A stretch of 45,683 nt of DNA from Spirochaetia bacterium (lineage in GTDB: Bacteria > Spirochaetota > Spirochaetia > DSM-27196 > Salinispiraceae): NCBI GenBank assembly GCA_038204425.1, contig JBBRCZ010000017.1, positions 1-45,683 on the forward strand, read 5' to 3'. The notes under the pieces were generated by a model. It was not told the origin of the DNA. It did no database searches and was given only the letters and a program-made list of their open reading frames with translations. Shown here piece by piece: positions 1 to 9,194 of the stretch. The position numbers and the translations under genes were made by a program. Position 1 is the first letter of the stretch; every line of letters starts with the position of its first letter.

Positions 1-705
1 ATCTGGTAAGACTGAGACAGAATCATTAGCTGATTTATTATAAGTTGGAGTTGTTTCATAAAATACGTTAGATTTTTTCTTAAAAATTTTTATTGTCGAA
101 GCTGCAATTCCACTATCATCTTGGATGTACAAGTTGCTCAATATGTAACGCGAAATATGTTGAGTACGTGACTTAGGGAGGGTGTCGTCTGTACCTGGGT
201 TAAACAAATCAACCACAGGGCCTTGTTCGTCGGGGATCATCAACCAGCTTTTTTCCCCATTTTCGAACCCTCCGGTTGTTCCAAAAAGTCCAAGCCAGCC
301 AGCATTTATTCCTAAGTTGAAACTAGAAGTACCTACCTCGATATAATAAGCGTCCTCGTAGTTGGAATTGATTTCGCCGTCTGTTGATTTCGTTATTTCA
401 AAACGCCTACTGGTATTTCCATTTACAAATAGATCAATGTATGTCCAAGGAAAAGTCAATAAAACGGCTTCATATTTAGATACATACAATCTCAAATAGC
501 GCTTGCTTGCTGCGTCCACATAAGGCCTAAATCTGATGCCATTAGATTCTAGACTTTTATCAATCATCGTTACTTTAAACTTACTATACTCTAGTGCACT
601 TGAATCTTGAACAACGTCGAGCAGGATACGACCTTCGTCTTGAGCGTAAGCCGCAACAAAGCCGGCAAGCAAGAATAGACCTACTAGTACTATGCGTCTG
701 TTCAT
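1..705 (-). CDS. Secreted protein, 3'-truncated by the window edge (possible Ig-like repeat protein / candidate T2SS substrate)
   Basis: Not in the ORF track; read by hand. ATG at 705 overlaps the upstream stop (ATGA). Frame is open for 235 codons to base 1: MNRRIVLVGLFLLAGFVAAYA|QDEGRILL (Sec signal peptide); later IPDEQGPVV...IQDDSGI, which resembles bacterial Ig-like boundary motifs. Confidence 0.8.
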   Translation of the reverse strand, partial: MNRRIVLVGLFLLAGFVAAYAQDEGRILLDVVQDSSALEYSKFKVTMIDKSLESNGIRFRPYVDAASKRYLRLYVSKYEAVLLTFPWTYIDLFVNGNTSRRFEITKSTDGEINSNYEDAYYIEVGTSSFNLGINAGWLGLFGTTGGFENGEKSWLMIPDEQGPVVDLFNPGTDDTLPKSRTQHISRYILSNLYIQDDSGIAASTIKIFKKKSNVFYETTPTYNKSANDSVSVLPD

Positions 706-2120
706 CTTAGTGCTCCAATAAGCAAGTAGCTATCATCCAACACGTAAAAGACATTGTTGCTGGCAAATACCCGCAGCTGTTTGGTGCCTTTGATTAGCTC
801 ATCGAGCCTAATCAGGTGCTCATAAGCATACCGGTAGATATATTCAAAACTGAGATTGGCTATATTTGAAATCTTGAGTTCTGGATAGCTATACTCACCA
901 TACAAAACACGTCCCGGTAAGTGGACTGCAAAGCAGTACCGTCTTTCTATCCACTCTCTAGAACGTTCTATTGCAAAAAGATTAGTTGTTTTGGCAAGAA
1001 CTTGTTCGGTGCTTGTGGCAATATCGTACAAAATAAGACTGCCGTTCTTCTCAAGCAAGAGGTAATCGTTCAATAGGCGCCTTACAATCCGACCCTCAAA
1101 TGCTCGCGGCAGGTACAAGTCCGTGCCTTGCAGTCCCGGCGCATCTGAACGGTAGATCAATCCAAAATTATCTTTGTAAAGCGCCTCGTAGTAGACTTTT
1201 TCCAACATTGGTCTTTCTGGCGCACACACATAGGCATACAATGCACCGTCTTTGAGGCAGTTTATGGCAAGACCCTGACTGGTCCCATAAATGCTCGCCA
1301 CCTTGCCCGTCAACAAATAGTCAGCAACGCGGATCTCTGCAGTCTCAGATTCAAAGTCAGGATAGGCCTGTCTTAAGATCTGACCGCCGCCGCTTTCTGT
1401 ATACACGAGCGTTAGATAGGCCTTAAGTGAATCGTAGTGCCCAACAAACTGGATGTTTTGAGCGTTGTCCAAAGTGACTTTTAGTACCGGGTCATGATAG
1501 GCACTCAAAGCAAAGACATCCATGCTGTTGTCCCCCTGCTTCTGCATAGAAACAAACAATCGTTCTCTGTTTTTGCCATAAATATTTACTGATGCGGCCT
1601 CCAAACTCAAATTTTTGGCCACCCTTCTAAGCTTAAGTTCGGCCCCATTGCTGTCAAACCAATATAGATCCAAATGAGCCTTGCTATCTGCTTCGAGGGA
1701 TTGTGCCAGGACGGCAAGACCGGTCTGACCATTTAAAAAAACACTGCTTGCATCGGCTACAAGTTTGTCTACAATTAAAGGTTCATTATTTTCATTGCTT
1801 ACTAAATTCTTGTTAATCACCTGGCCTTTATCGTCCAATAGGACGTGCATAAACTCCAACCCTTGATCAGTCCTTACCAGCGCGATTAGTCTGAAATACG
1901 GATCGGCGGGCATGGGCCAAACTTTTACCAACGCTGCTTGCCCAAACAGCTGATCAAGCTGATGCGCCTGTATCCAGCTGCTTGCCTTCGACAGCGAAGT
2001 CAAAATCGCTTCGTTGTCACCCTCTTGAGTGCTCACTTGATCGTTCACTTGAGCCCGTATTTGAGTACTCAATAGTGAGGCCAGAACCAACACGGTAAAA
2101 ATAGCTGCAAATCGTTTCAT
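702..2120 (-). CDS. Secreted hypothetical protein, beta-rich (472 aa)
   Basis: Signal peptide MKRFAAIFTVLVLASLLSTQIRA; 4-bp overlaps with both neighbours; no recognised motif. Confidence 0.75.
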   Translation of the reverse strand: MKRFAAIFTVLVLASLLSTQIRAQVNDQVSTQEGDNEAILTSLSKASSWIQAHQLDQLFGQAALVKVWPMPADPYFRLIALVRTDQGLEFMHVLLDDKGQVINKNLVSNENNEPLIVDKLVADASSVFLNGQTGLAVLAQSLEADSKAHLDLYWFDSNGAELKLRRVAKNLSLEAASVNIYGKNRERLFVSMQKQGDNSMDVFALSAYHDPVLKVTLDNAQNIQFVGHYDSLKAYLTLVYTESGGGQILRQAYPDFESETAEIRVADYLLTGKVASIYGTSQGLAINCLKDGALYAYVCAPERPMLEKVYYEALYKDNFGLIYRSDAPGLQGTDLYLPRAFEGRIVRRLLNDYLLLEKNGSLILYDIATSTEQVLAKTTNLFAIERSREWIERRYCFAVHLPGRVLYGEYSYPELKISNIANLSFEYIYRYAYEHLIRLDELIKGTKQLRVFASNNVFYVLDDSYLLIGALR

Positions 2121-2602
2121 AGGGTACCTGCTTTATCAATGGGGTTAATCGTATCGAGTAATTTGAGTGTTTTTTGGAATAACTCGTTTGTTGTATCAAT
2201 AGCGGCTGCCCGCTGGAGCAAGTCGCGGGCTTTTTGAAACTGCTTCTTCTCTATTTTTTCCCAACTTTTTCGAAGAAGATCGCGTTGACTGTACATGCGC
2301 ACGTAGGCGGCAATGCTGCCATCGCGTAGTTCATTAGTATTGAATTGAATGGTGACGGTCTCAAAACCTTCTTTGCTGAGAGTCAGACTAAAGACCTGTT
2401 CTACCAGCAGTGGCACCGGCATAAAATAGCGTCCGCTTAAAGACGTTACGACCTTCGCCCCATAGTTGCTGCTTACCAAAACATCCTTTAACGGACGTCC
2501 CTGACTATCATAGACAGCCCCCGGTAGACCGTTATACGCTGTTGTAACGCAGGAAAATACCAAAAATGACATAACTCCGATCGCGAATGCTAATTTTTTC
2601 AT
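2117..2602 (-). CDS. Lipoprotein with a carboxypeptidase-regulatory-like beta-sandwich and a C-terminal TPR-like helix pair (possible pilotin/accessory)
   Basis: Lipobox-like LVFS|C; GAVYDSQGRPLKDVLV...TSLSGRY...LSKEGFE pattern; FQKARDLLQRAAAID TPR-like segment. Confidence 0.7.
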   Translation of the reverse strand: MKKLAFAIGVMSFLVFSCVTTAYNGLPGAVYDSQGRPLKDVLVSSNYGAKVVTSLSGRYFMPVPLLVEQVFSLTLSKEGFETVTIQFNTNELRDGSIAAYVRMYSQRDLLRKSWEKIEKKQFQKARDLLQRAAAIDTTNELFQKTLKLLDTINPIDKAGTL

Positions 2603-3423
2603 AGTTTAGTCCTTGTAATGCGGTAAACAGTGCTACCTTGGCTTATTTCAATCCAAGTAGCCTGTACTTCCTTGAGTGCCCAACCGGCAGTCCCTGGGAT
2701 AATTAATAGGCGACCATCTCGTTCGTCCATAATAAAATATCTTTTTGAGCCTTCTTTATCTATTTGACCGCGTAGCTTTAAAAAATCTGACTTTGCTAGA
2801 GCTGTTGCCACGACTGACTGAGCAGCTACGGTGCTGTTAGTTTTTTGAACTGGCTTATGCTTTTTAGGTGATAAGAGAAAGCTGCTTGACAACCTCACAG
2901 AGCGCGCCAGTTCAAGCGCTTTCTTATAATCAACATTAGCGCCAATAAGCGCTAAATTTTTTAGTTCTGGATGAGGTCCCCACAGCAGATTTAAGCGTGC
3001 GGTTCTTTTGTTGCTATCCTGTACCGCAAACTCGGCTTTTTGGAGATATAATCCTGCTATACTGCCCTCAATAGCTAGAGCGCATTGCAGTAGCGCGAAA
3101 TGACTAGCACTCAGAGAAACATCTATACGTCTTTCATCGAGTAACCTTAGGCTATCAATTTTAACAGAAAATGAAGCACACAAGCTGTTTATAAACTGCA
3201 TCTGACGTGACGTCGACATCTGCTGCGCCAGTCCAAAGTCGTTGGCAGATTGCTGATCGCCCGCTTTTGTTAAGGCAGCTATTTTGGCGGCTGGGCGAGG
3301 AATTGCTGGCAATGGCTGTGGGTCGATCACAGTATCCCACGCCATGCTAATGTTTAAAAAACTAATTGCCACGAGGCCGATCCATACCAATAGTATCAGT
3401 AGACGTTTCTCTCGTTTAGTCAT
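2599..3423 (-). CDS. T2SS/T4P assembly-platform protein: GspM/PilO-like N-terminus plus GspC/PilP-like C-terminal domain
   Basis: Start taken at 3423 (ATGA overlap with upstream stop). MTKREKRLLILL + TM helix is typical of GspM/PilO. C-terminal FLKLRGQI...YFIMD...GWALKEV...IEISQG is HR-domain-like. Operon position. Confidence 0.5.
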   Translation of the reverse strand: MTKREKRLLILLVWIGLVAISFLNISMAWDTVIDPQPLPAIPRPAAKIAALTKAGDQQSANDFGLAQQMSTSRQMQFINSLCASFSVKIDSLRLLDERRIDVSLSASHFALLQCALAIEGSIAGLYLQKAEFAVQDSNKRTARLNLLWGPHPELKNLALIGANVDYKKALELARSVRLSSSFLLSPKKHKPVQKTNSTVAAQSVVATALAKSDFLKLRGQIDKEGSKRYFIMDERDGRLLIIPGTAGWALKEVQATWIEISQGSTVYRITRTKL

Positions 3424-4439
3424 GGCAGCCTCAGTTTGCACTGCAATAAATCGCCCTTGTCAGTGCTGCGGATTGCTACAAGTTCAAATCTGTCATCAGT
3501 CTCGGTCAACCGATTCATTAAGGCCATTCCGTCTGAAGCTTCAAACTTTAGTTCAAACCCTGACTCGTTCAGTAACAAGAAGACAAGGCTTAAATTAGCA
3601 ATGTTAAGCTGATCCAATTTCTTAAATAACTGCCCTAATCTGTTTTGATCTTCTATAATTTTTTTGCTAGCGGCAGACTCAGAACTATTTTCATTTTGTC
3701 CATTTTTTTGCATATTCTGAGCCAAATAGTGTTTGCGAGCTTGGGCATAATTTGCAAGCTGCTGTTCTTTTTCGTTGGACGCTCTATTTGCTATAAATGC
3801 AAAAACTATGTTAGCAATCAGCACAAGCAAAATTGCCACTAAGCTTAGTTTGGCATGTCTATGATTGGTGCCAACCACGGGAGCCAAACCATTCAAGACA
3901 CATTTTTTCTCTAAGGCGCGCTGCTGTGTTCTGACTGCCATGCGCTTGAATGCAATTCCCTTGAGACTCAATTCTTTGAGCACGGCTGCCATGCCTTGGT
4001 AATCTGCAAGCCAATCTGGAATTTTTAAGTTGACGGCGTTTATTAAGTGCGACTCTATTTTTCGCGCAGTCTGGATAAGCGAAGTAGCGCTTTCAAAACG
4101 CTCGGCATTAAGTAAACGATTATTTTGGTACTCACATAAAATTATTAAACCCAACTCATCTCCCAGCAAATACATTCCATTTTTTTTGACTACACAGAAA
4201 AAACAGAGCTTTTTTAATAGTAAAGTGTTGATTTGATTAGGTCCGTCACCGTTATTTTGACCAGTGTTGATTACACAATATTGCCCTGTCGACTCGCCCG
4301 CTTGCCAGGCAGAATAGCTTTTACTACGCTTTGGATACGGAACTGCAGCCTTAATACTTTCGACAAGCACGCTTGTTTCAGTTTCCAGTATCAAGAGCGA
4401 ACTTTCGTCTACTGTCCAAGAGAAAACTTGTCTAGTCAT
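3420..4439 (-). CDS. GspL/PilM-PilN-like inner-membrane platform protein
   Basis: Cytoplasmic N-terminal domain, single TM (LSLVAILLVLIANIVFAFIA), coiled coil, small periplasmic domain; lies after the GspK-like gene. Confidence 0.5.
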   Translation of the reverse strand: MTRQVFSWTVDESSLLILETETSVLVESIKAAVPYPKRSKSYSAWQAGESTGQYCVINTGQNNGDGPNQINTLLLKKLCFFCVVKKNGMYLLGDELGLIILCEYQNNRLLNAERFESATSLIQTARKIESHLINAVNLKIPDWLADYQGMAAVLKELSLKGIAFKRMAVRTQQRALEKKCVLNGLAPVVGTNHRHAKLSLVAILLVLIANIVFAFIANRASNEKEQQLANYAQARKHYLAQNMQKNGQNENSSESAASKKIIEDQNRLGQLFKKLDQLNIANLSLVFLLLNESGFELKFEASDGMALMNRLTETDDRFELVAIRSTDKGDLLQCKLRLP

Positions 4440-5508
4440 TTTTGCCCCAGATCAAGCTTAGTAGCTGCCCATCGCCATCTAAGACAGCTGTCGCGACGAG
4501 ACTATTTTGTTGAACAATAAGTTCCCAGCGGTTTACCGGGCGGTCTAGCTGTGCTCCAAGCCAAGCAAAGACCGAATGCTCGGCGGGTTTACCTAACAAG
4601 GCAGGCAATTCTTCAGTCTTTATCCAACGGTTTTTACGAATAGAAAGTAGCGATTCTCTAAGCGAAGTAGCGTTTGCAATTTCAAAGGCTGGATATGATA
4701 GGACAGCCTCAAGAATCTTTGATTCAACAGTATTGACGTCAAAAGCAGCGTTTGCGGTTATTTTTTCTGCCAAAATATCGGCATAAGGAGCCAATAATTG
4801 CAGAAGATCTTCCTGTGTTACTTGCTTCTGAGCCGATAAATACGAGCGATATTTGCTGCGCAGATTAGCAGCAAAGGCTGCGTCTTTGGTGACAGAAAAA
4901 GCTATCCGTTCGAGAGCAAATTCGTCACAACAATTAATGGATAGTGGCGGCCAAACCGACATTAACTTTTGTATATCTTCTTTTTCAAAAAAGGCACTTA
5001 GATAGTCACTCCGGCCGTCATTAAGGTCGCCACTCAATGGCAGACTAAAGGATTGGTCTTCTAAATATTGTTGCAATTGATCAGCTGTACTGCCAGGCTT
5101 AAAAATGCCCGATAAGGACGATCGCTGCCAAAACTGTTTACGCAGCCAAAGCGGATTGAGTCTGCTGCCAAGCTCACGCAGACGGTAATCTGCACCAAAA
5201 CTAGTCCTAAAAGACTCAAAACCTGCAAACCCATTGTATTTTTTTTTAGCAAGTGCCTCTGAGATTTCTGCAATTTTGGTCAAAAGCTCTGCTTTTTTTT
5301 CTTTGACGGAGTTACTCTTGGCAAACGAAAACGAGAGACTTGACGTCATTGCTGCAATTGCCGAACACACCATTACCACAAAGAGCAGCATGGCAAAGGC
5401 ATTTAGACTGGCAGATCCTTCTTCACAAGATTCAGCGTGGAAACGCTGCCGGATAGAAACTCTCGCGCAAATCTCGCCAGGACAGTTGAAAACCATAAAT
5501 GGCGCCAT
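4432..5508 (-). CDS. gspK: GspK-like minor pseudopilin (start uncertain; frame open to 5661)
   Basis: EEGSAS + hydrophobic helix (GspK-type class III signal without E5); RELGSRLNP, LSINCCD and FDVNTVE resemble GspK xINxN repeats. Confidence 0.6.
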   Translation of the reverse strand: MAPFMVFNCPGEICARVSIRQRFHAESCEEGSASLNAFAMLLFVVMVCSAIAAMTSSLSFSFAKSNSVKEKKAELLTKIAEISEALAKKKYNGFAGFESFRTSFGADYRLRELGSRLNPLWLRKQFWQRSSLSGIFKPGSTADQLQQYLEDQSFSLPLSGDLNDGRSDYLSAFFEKEDIQKLMSVWPPLSINCCDEFALERIAFSVTKDAAFAANLRSKYRSYLSAQKQVTQEDLLQLLAPYADILAEKITANAAFDVNTVESKILEAVLSYPAFEIANATSLRESLLSIRKNRWIKTEELPALLGKPAEHSVFAWLGAQLDRPVNRWELIVQQNSLVATAVLDGDGQLLSLIWGKND

Positions 5509-5935
5509 AACTGTTAGATATGGGCTTAAGGGAAAGTCCAGCAATGTGGTAGACCAGCTTTGTGTCGCTGCATTGGAGCTTTGCCGTGCCATTAGTAACT
5601 TGCACGAGCAAGATCGAATCTTCTTTGCCGTTGTAGAAGGGAACTTGCAGTCTAAAATCATCCGAGTTCCGCTCTAGTTTCATACCCCAATCGCTCGGAT
5701 ACCACCATGGACAATAAACCTGGTTCATTTTTTGTGCCAGAACCGTTGTTAGGTGAACATACTCGGCACTTGACCGAGCATTGGCACTCTGGTGATCCAG
5801 ATTCTGAACTGCGGCAAAAATCAATGCTCCGGTCAAAACACTGGCTAAGGCAGTAATCATCGCCCCCACCATGGTATCTATCAGGGTCCAACCAGCTTGC
5901 ATCTGATTGGTAAAGTGTCTGTAGTCGCTGTTCAT
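5432..5935 (-). CDS. Minor pseudopilin (GspJ-like)
   Basis: QAG|WTLIDTMVGAMITALAS class III signal; start at 5935 preceded by AGGAAG. Confidence 0.6.
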   Translation of the reverse strand: MNSDYRHFTNQMQAGWTLIDTMVGAMITALASVLTGALIFAAVQNLDHQSANARSSAEYVHLTTVLAQKMNQVYCPWWYPSDWGMKLERNSDDFRLQVPFYNGKEDSILLVQVTNGTAKLQCSDTKLVYHIAGLSLKPISNSYGAIYGFQLSWRDLRESFYPAAFPR

Positions 5936-6068
5936 ATACTTCCTGTACTTTTTGAAACTGTTGTTCGGTTTTGCTGACACCTGTTGTTAGAGTCCAGATA
6001 AAGCTTCCCAATAGCACAGCAGTCAAACAACTTAGTATTACGGCAATTAAGGCTTCTATAGATCGCAT
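5658..6068 (-). CDS. Minor pseudopilin-like (GspI/H-like) ORF; 3' part overlaps the next gene
   Basis: MRSIEALIAVILSCLTAVLLG pilin-like helix starting 2 bp after the gspG stop; C-terminal ~90 codons overlap the GspJ-like gene and look non-coding. Confidence 0.45.
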   Translation of the reverse strand: MRSIEALIAVILSCLTAVLLGSFIWTLTTGVSKTEQQFQKVQEVYEQRLQTLYQSDASWLDPDRYHGGGDDYCLSQCFDRSIDFCRSSESGSPECQCSVKCRVCSPNNGSGTKNEPGLLSMVVSERLGYETRAELG

Positions 6069-6070
6069 GC

Positions 6071-6514
6071 TTATTCCCAACTGGCAATATCTTGAGCATT
6101 GCCTTCTCCACCCGGCAAACCATCGCTTCCCAAGGACCTAATGCCACTTATAGTTGATCCTGGCACTGGATTAACGTATTCGTATGGTCGTCCCCACGGA
6201 TCTTCTTTGACCGGCTTTGCTAGATAGGGACCATTCCAATTTTTGAGATCAGCGGGCTGCTTCCACAGCGCCTCTAGTCCTTCGGACTGACTTGGATTGC
6301 GTCCACAATCGAGGTACAGCGACTGCATGGCAAGTGAGAGAGTTTCTACCTGGCTTTTGGCCGTTGCAGACTTGGCACGTTCTAAGTAGCCAACTGCGAC
6401 AAAGCCAACACTGCCACTCAGAACCAAAATGATGCCGATAACGACTATCGTTTCGATAAAGGTCCAGCCAGCTTCAAAGCAATTTTGGCTCAATACACTA
6501 TGTTTTTGGTTCAT
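6071..6514 (-). CDS. gspG: Major pseudopilin GspG
   Basis: AG|WTFIETIVVIGII; LDCGRNPSQSEGLEAL, NWNGPYL, DPWGRPYEY, SLGSDGLPGGEG motifs. Confidence 0.92.
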   Translation of the reverse strand: MNQKHSVLSQNCFEAGWTFIETIVVIGIILVLSGSVGFVAVGYLERAKSATAKSQVETLSLAMQSLYLDCGRNPSQSEGLEALWKQPADLKNWNGPYLAKPVKEDPWGRPYEYVNPVPGSTISGIRSLGSDGLPGGEGNAQDIASWE

Positions 6515-7569
6515 ATCAATCCTCCATATAGGTCAAAAAGTGGAATTACAAAAAATACGACAAAAAATATCATCATCAGTCCCATGACAAGGGTTACAAC
6601 GGGTTCGGCCAGCTTACTGATCCGCGTCAAAAAACCCTCCAGCCACTGGCCGCTAAAATTTCTGAGTTGGGCAAAAACCTTTTGATGAGTTCCTGTTTTT
6701 TCGCCGATCGCTACCCACTGAATGTATTCAGGTAAAAAAACTGCATGTTCATGCAGCGCGAGAGACAAGACCCGCCCCGCTACAACATCATGGTGAGCTT
6801 TGAGCAATTGTTGTTTAAAATAGAAGTTGAAGCTGCCTTGGGCGCCTTGATAGATGGCTTTTGCCAAGGGAATACCCGATGATAGTAAAAGCTCAGTTGC
6901 AAAACAAAAGTCATGTATCGACTGGCGGATAAAGAAACTTCCTAGCAAAGGCACAGACAAGAAAAATCTATCAAACCACAATTTTGTAGTTGTTTGGCTG
7001 CGATAAAAAAACGTTGCAACAAGTACAGACAGAACCACAAGTAAAGCAAATATGCTGGCAAGGCCCAAAAATCCATCTAGCTTTTGACTCAGTTGCAATA
7101 GTCTATCTGCTATTGGGCCGCTGCTTGTTTGAGCAAAATCTCTCAAGGCTGGTAAGGCAAAAAAATTGAGACCCAAAAGCCCCAGTAGTGCAAAACCCAA
7201 TACCAAGAGTGGATACATCAATGCTGACTGAAGCTGTGAACGAAATGCCGCTTTTCGCGTTAAGTACTGGTCGAGGTGCTCAAAGACTTCAGTCAATTTG
7301 CCAGATTGTTCGGCAACCGCACACAAAGAGAGTCCCAGTGCAGGGATTCCCTTAATATGATTTTCTAATAGTTTTGAGAAACTTTTGCCGCTAGCAAGAC
7401 GGTGACCTATCACTAGAAATGCACTTTTAAGCTTTTTACTTGCAGCCATCTTTGCTGCAAAAACTATACTTTCGCGCAGGGTCAAACCGGCGCTCAGGAG
7501 TGGCGTCAAAAGCTTGAAGAAAGTGGAAGCCTCATTTTTATCAAGCCGCACTATTTCTGACGGATTCAC
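6511..7569 (-). CDS. gspF: T2SS inner-membrane platform protein GspF/PilC
   Basis: LLSAGLTL, AEQSGKL, SALMYP, LLSSGIPL, IGEKTG, LAEP motifs. Confidence 0.9.
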   Translation of the reverse strand: MNPSEIVRLDKNEASTFFKLLTPLLSAGLTLRESIVFAAKMAASKKLKSAFLVIGHRLASGKSFSKLLENHIKGIPALGLSLCAVAEQSGKLTEVFEHLDQYLTRKAAFRSQLQSALMYPLLVLGFALLGLLGLNFFALPALRDFAQTSSGPIADRLLQLSQKLDGFLGLASIFALLVVLSVLVATFFYRSQTTTKLWFDRFFLSVPLLGSFFIRQSIHDFCFATELLLSSGIPLAKAIYQGAQGSFNFYFKQQLLKAHHDVVAGRVLSLALHEHAVFLPEYIQWVAIGEKTGTHQKVFAQLRNFSGQWLEGFLTRISKLAEPVVTLVMGLMMIFFVVFFVIPLFDLYGGLI

Positions 7570-9188
7570 AAAGCCACCTCTCTTTGCAAATCAGCAAGCG
7601 TGCAAAAGCCAGCGCGCAGCAATGCGATCCCTTGTTGTTTTAAATCTGGCCAGGCTTCCTGTGTTCGCAATTCTTCAAGCAGGTGGCTATCGATCCCAGA
7701 GGCAATGGCAGCTTTGAGCTTTTTACTCAAGGGTAAAACTTCCCAGATTGCCCGTCGCCCATCAAATCCACTCTTGCAATGTGGGCAACTATTTGCTTGG
7801 GGCAGGAAATTACAGGCATAGGCCGCCTGCAAGAGCAATCGTTGCTCACTATCAGTCGCTTCTCGCTCAACATGGCACTTTTGGCAAAGACTGCGTACCA
7901 GTCTTTGCGCAGCACAGAGTGTCAATACGTTTGCCAAAACGCTGTTTTGAATACCAAGATCGCGCAGTCGCTCAATAGCGCCCAAAGCATCGTTAGTATG
8001 CAGAGTCGATATCACCAAGTGTCCGGTCATTGCAGCTCTGACGGCCAATTGAGCGGTGTCGCTGTCTCTGATTTCGCCAATCATTATTATATCAGGGTCA
8101 TGTCGCAAAACTCGTCGCAGAAGGGAGGCAAAGCTTAGACCTATCTCGTCCTGCACACTAAGCTGGCTGCAAAAATCAAGCTTACGTTCTACCGGATCCT
8201 CCAAAGCTACGATTTTTGCTTCCCGACCTGCAAGTAACGATAAAAGTGCATGCAAGGTTGTGGACTTGCCACTGCCGGTTGGCCCGGTCAGGAGAATAAG
8301 TCCTTGCGGCAAGGACAGAGCCTGCAAAAATGCTCGCTGCTGGTCTTGATCCATACCTAGTTCACCAAGCGACGGTATCGCTATACTCTTGGGCAGTAGC
8401 CTCAAAACTATCGACTCGCCGTGCGTTGATGGCAAGATGGAAACTCGAATGTCGAGTGCACTAGTTGTTGTTTCAAAACTAAGTCTTCCATCTTGAGGCA
8501 AACGGCGTTCCATAATGTTAAGGTTGGTCATTATCTTTATGCGACTCGAGATTCCCCAAAAAAGATTGAGGGGCAGCTCTCTCAATTCAATCAAAGCTCC
8601 GTTTATTCGCAATCTAACTCTGACTCGTTTAGATTCAGCCTCAATGTGCAGGTCGCTTGCACCGGCTGTTATTGCTTGCTCAAAAAGCTCATCAACCAAA
8701 CGAATAAGAGGTTCATCTCTTGCCATGCGATCGAGTGTTTCGCGGTCGAGGTCTTCGGCAAATGGATCAAAATAGGCCTGAGCATGGTCATTCCAGGCAT
8801 GCAGTTCTTCTTCAGAAAGCCTCGCTTCGTGTTCTTTGCTTGTTAGAAATTGATTGAACAATTGCTGCCATTCTTGCTCGTCTAGACTACGAAAAAAGAC
8901 GTCGCACTTGGCATACGCCGCAATTGTTTTGCACAAATAAGGATCTATCTGGCTGCCTCGCGGAATAAGACATTCAAGAATGCCATTGTTAAAACCATGG
9001 ACAAGAACGTTGTTTTGACGGCAGAATTCCGGACCAAAAGCATAGCTGTCAATGGCGGGCAAAAAAGAGTCAATCAACAAATCATGGGGTTTACCTAAAT
9101 TTGATTGCGGGACAATAATAGGGTTTGGATCCAAAATTTCTTCTTGTGGTTGCTTTAGTGTTTCGTCCTGGGCTTGCTTCACCATCAT
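7566..9188 (-). CDS. gspE: T2SS ATPase GspE/PilB
   Basis: ASDLHIE, ERRLPQDGR, Walker A GPTGSGKSTT, EDPVE, RHDPDIIMIGEIRD, TGHLVISTLH, CxxC...CxxC. Confidence 0.95.
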   Translation of the reverse strand: MMVKQAQDETLKQPQEEILDPNPIIVPQSNLGKPHDLLIDSFLPAIDSYAFGPEFCRQNNVLVHGFNNGILECLIPRGSQIDPYLCKTIAAYAKCDVFFRSLDEQEWQQLFNQFLTSKEHEARLSEEELHAWNDHAQAYFDPFAEDLDRETLDRMARDEPLIRLVDELFEQAITAGASDLHIEAESKRVRVRLRINGALIELRELPLNLFWGISSRIKIMTNLNIMERRLPQDGRLSFETTTSALDIRVSILPSTHGESIVLRLLPKSIAIPSLGELGMDQDQQRAFLQALSLPQGLILLTGPTGSGKSTTLHALLSLLAGREAKIVALEDPVERKLDFCSQLSVQDEIGLSFASLLRRVLRHDPDIIMIGEIRDSDTAQLAVRAAMTGHLVISTLHTNDALGAIERLRDLGIQNSVLANVLTLCAAQRLVRSLCQKCHVEREATDSEQRLLLQAAYACNFLPQANSCPHCKSGFDGRRAIWEVLPLSKKLKAAIASGIDSHLLEELRTQEAWPDLKQQGIALLRAGFCTLADLQREVAL

Positions 9189-9194
9189 TCCTCC

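Noticed and set aside
8311..8322. AAGGACAGAGCC in gspE, and similar partial matches at 14896, 15849, 26836 and 32607
   Set aside because: Two or more mismatches to the 12-mer; not counted because chance matches become plausible.
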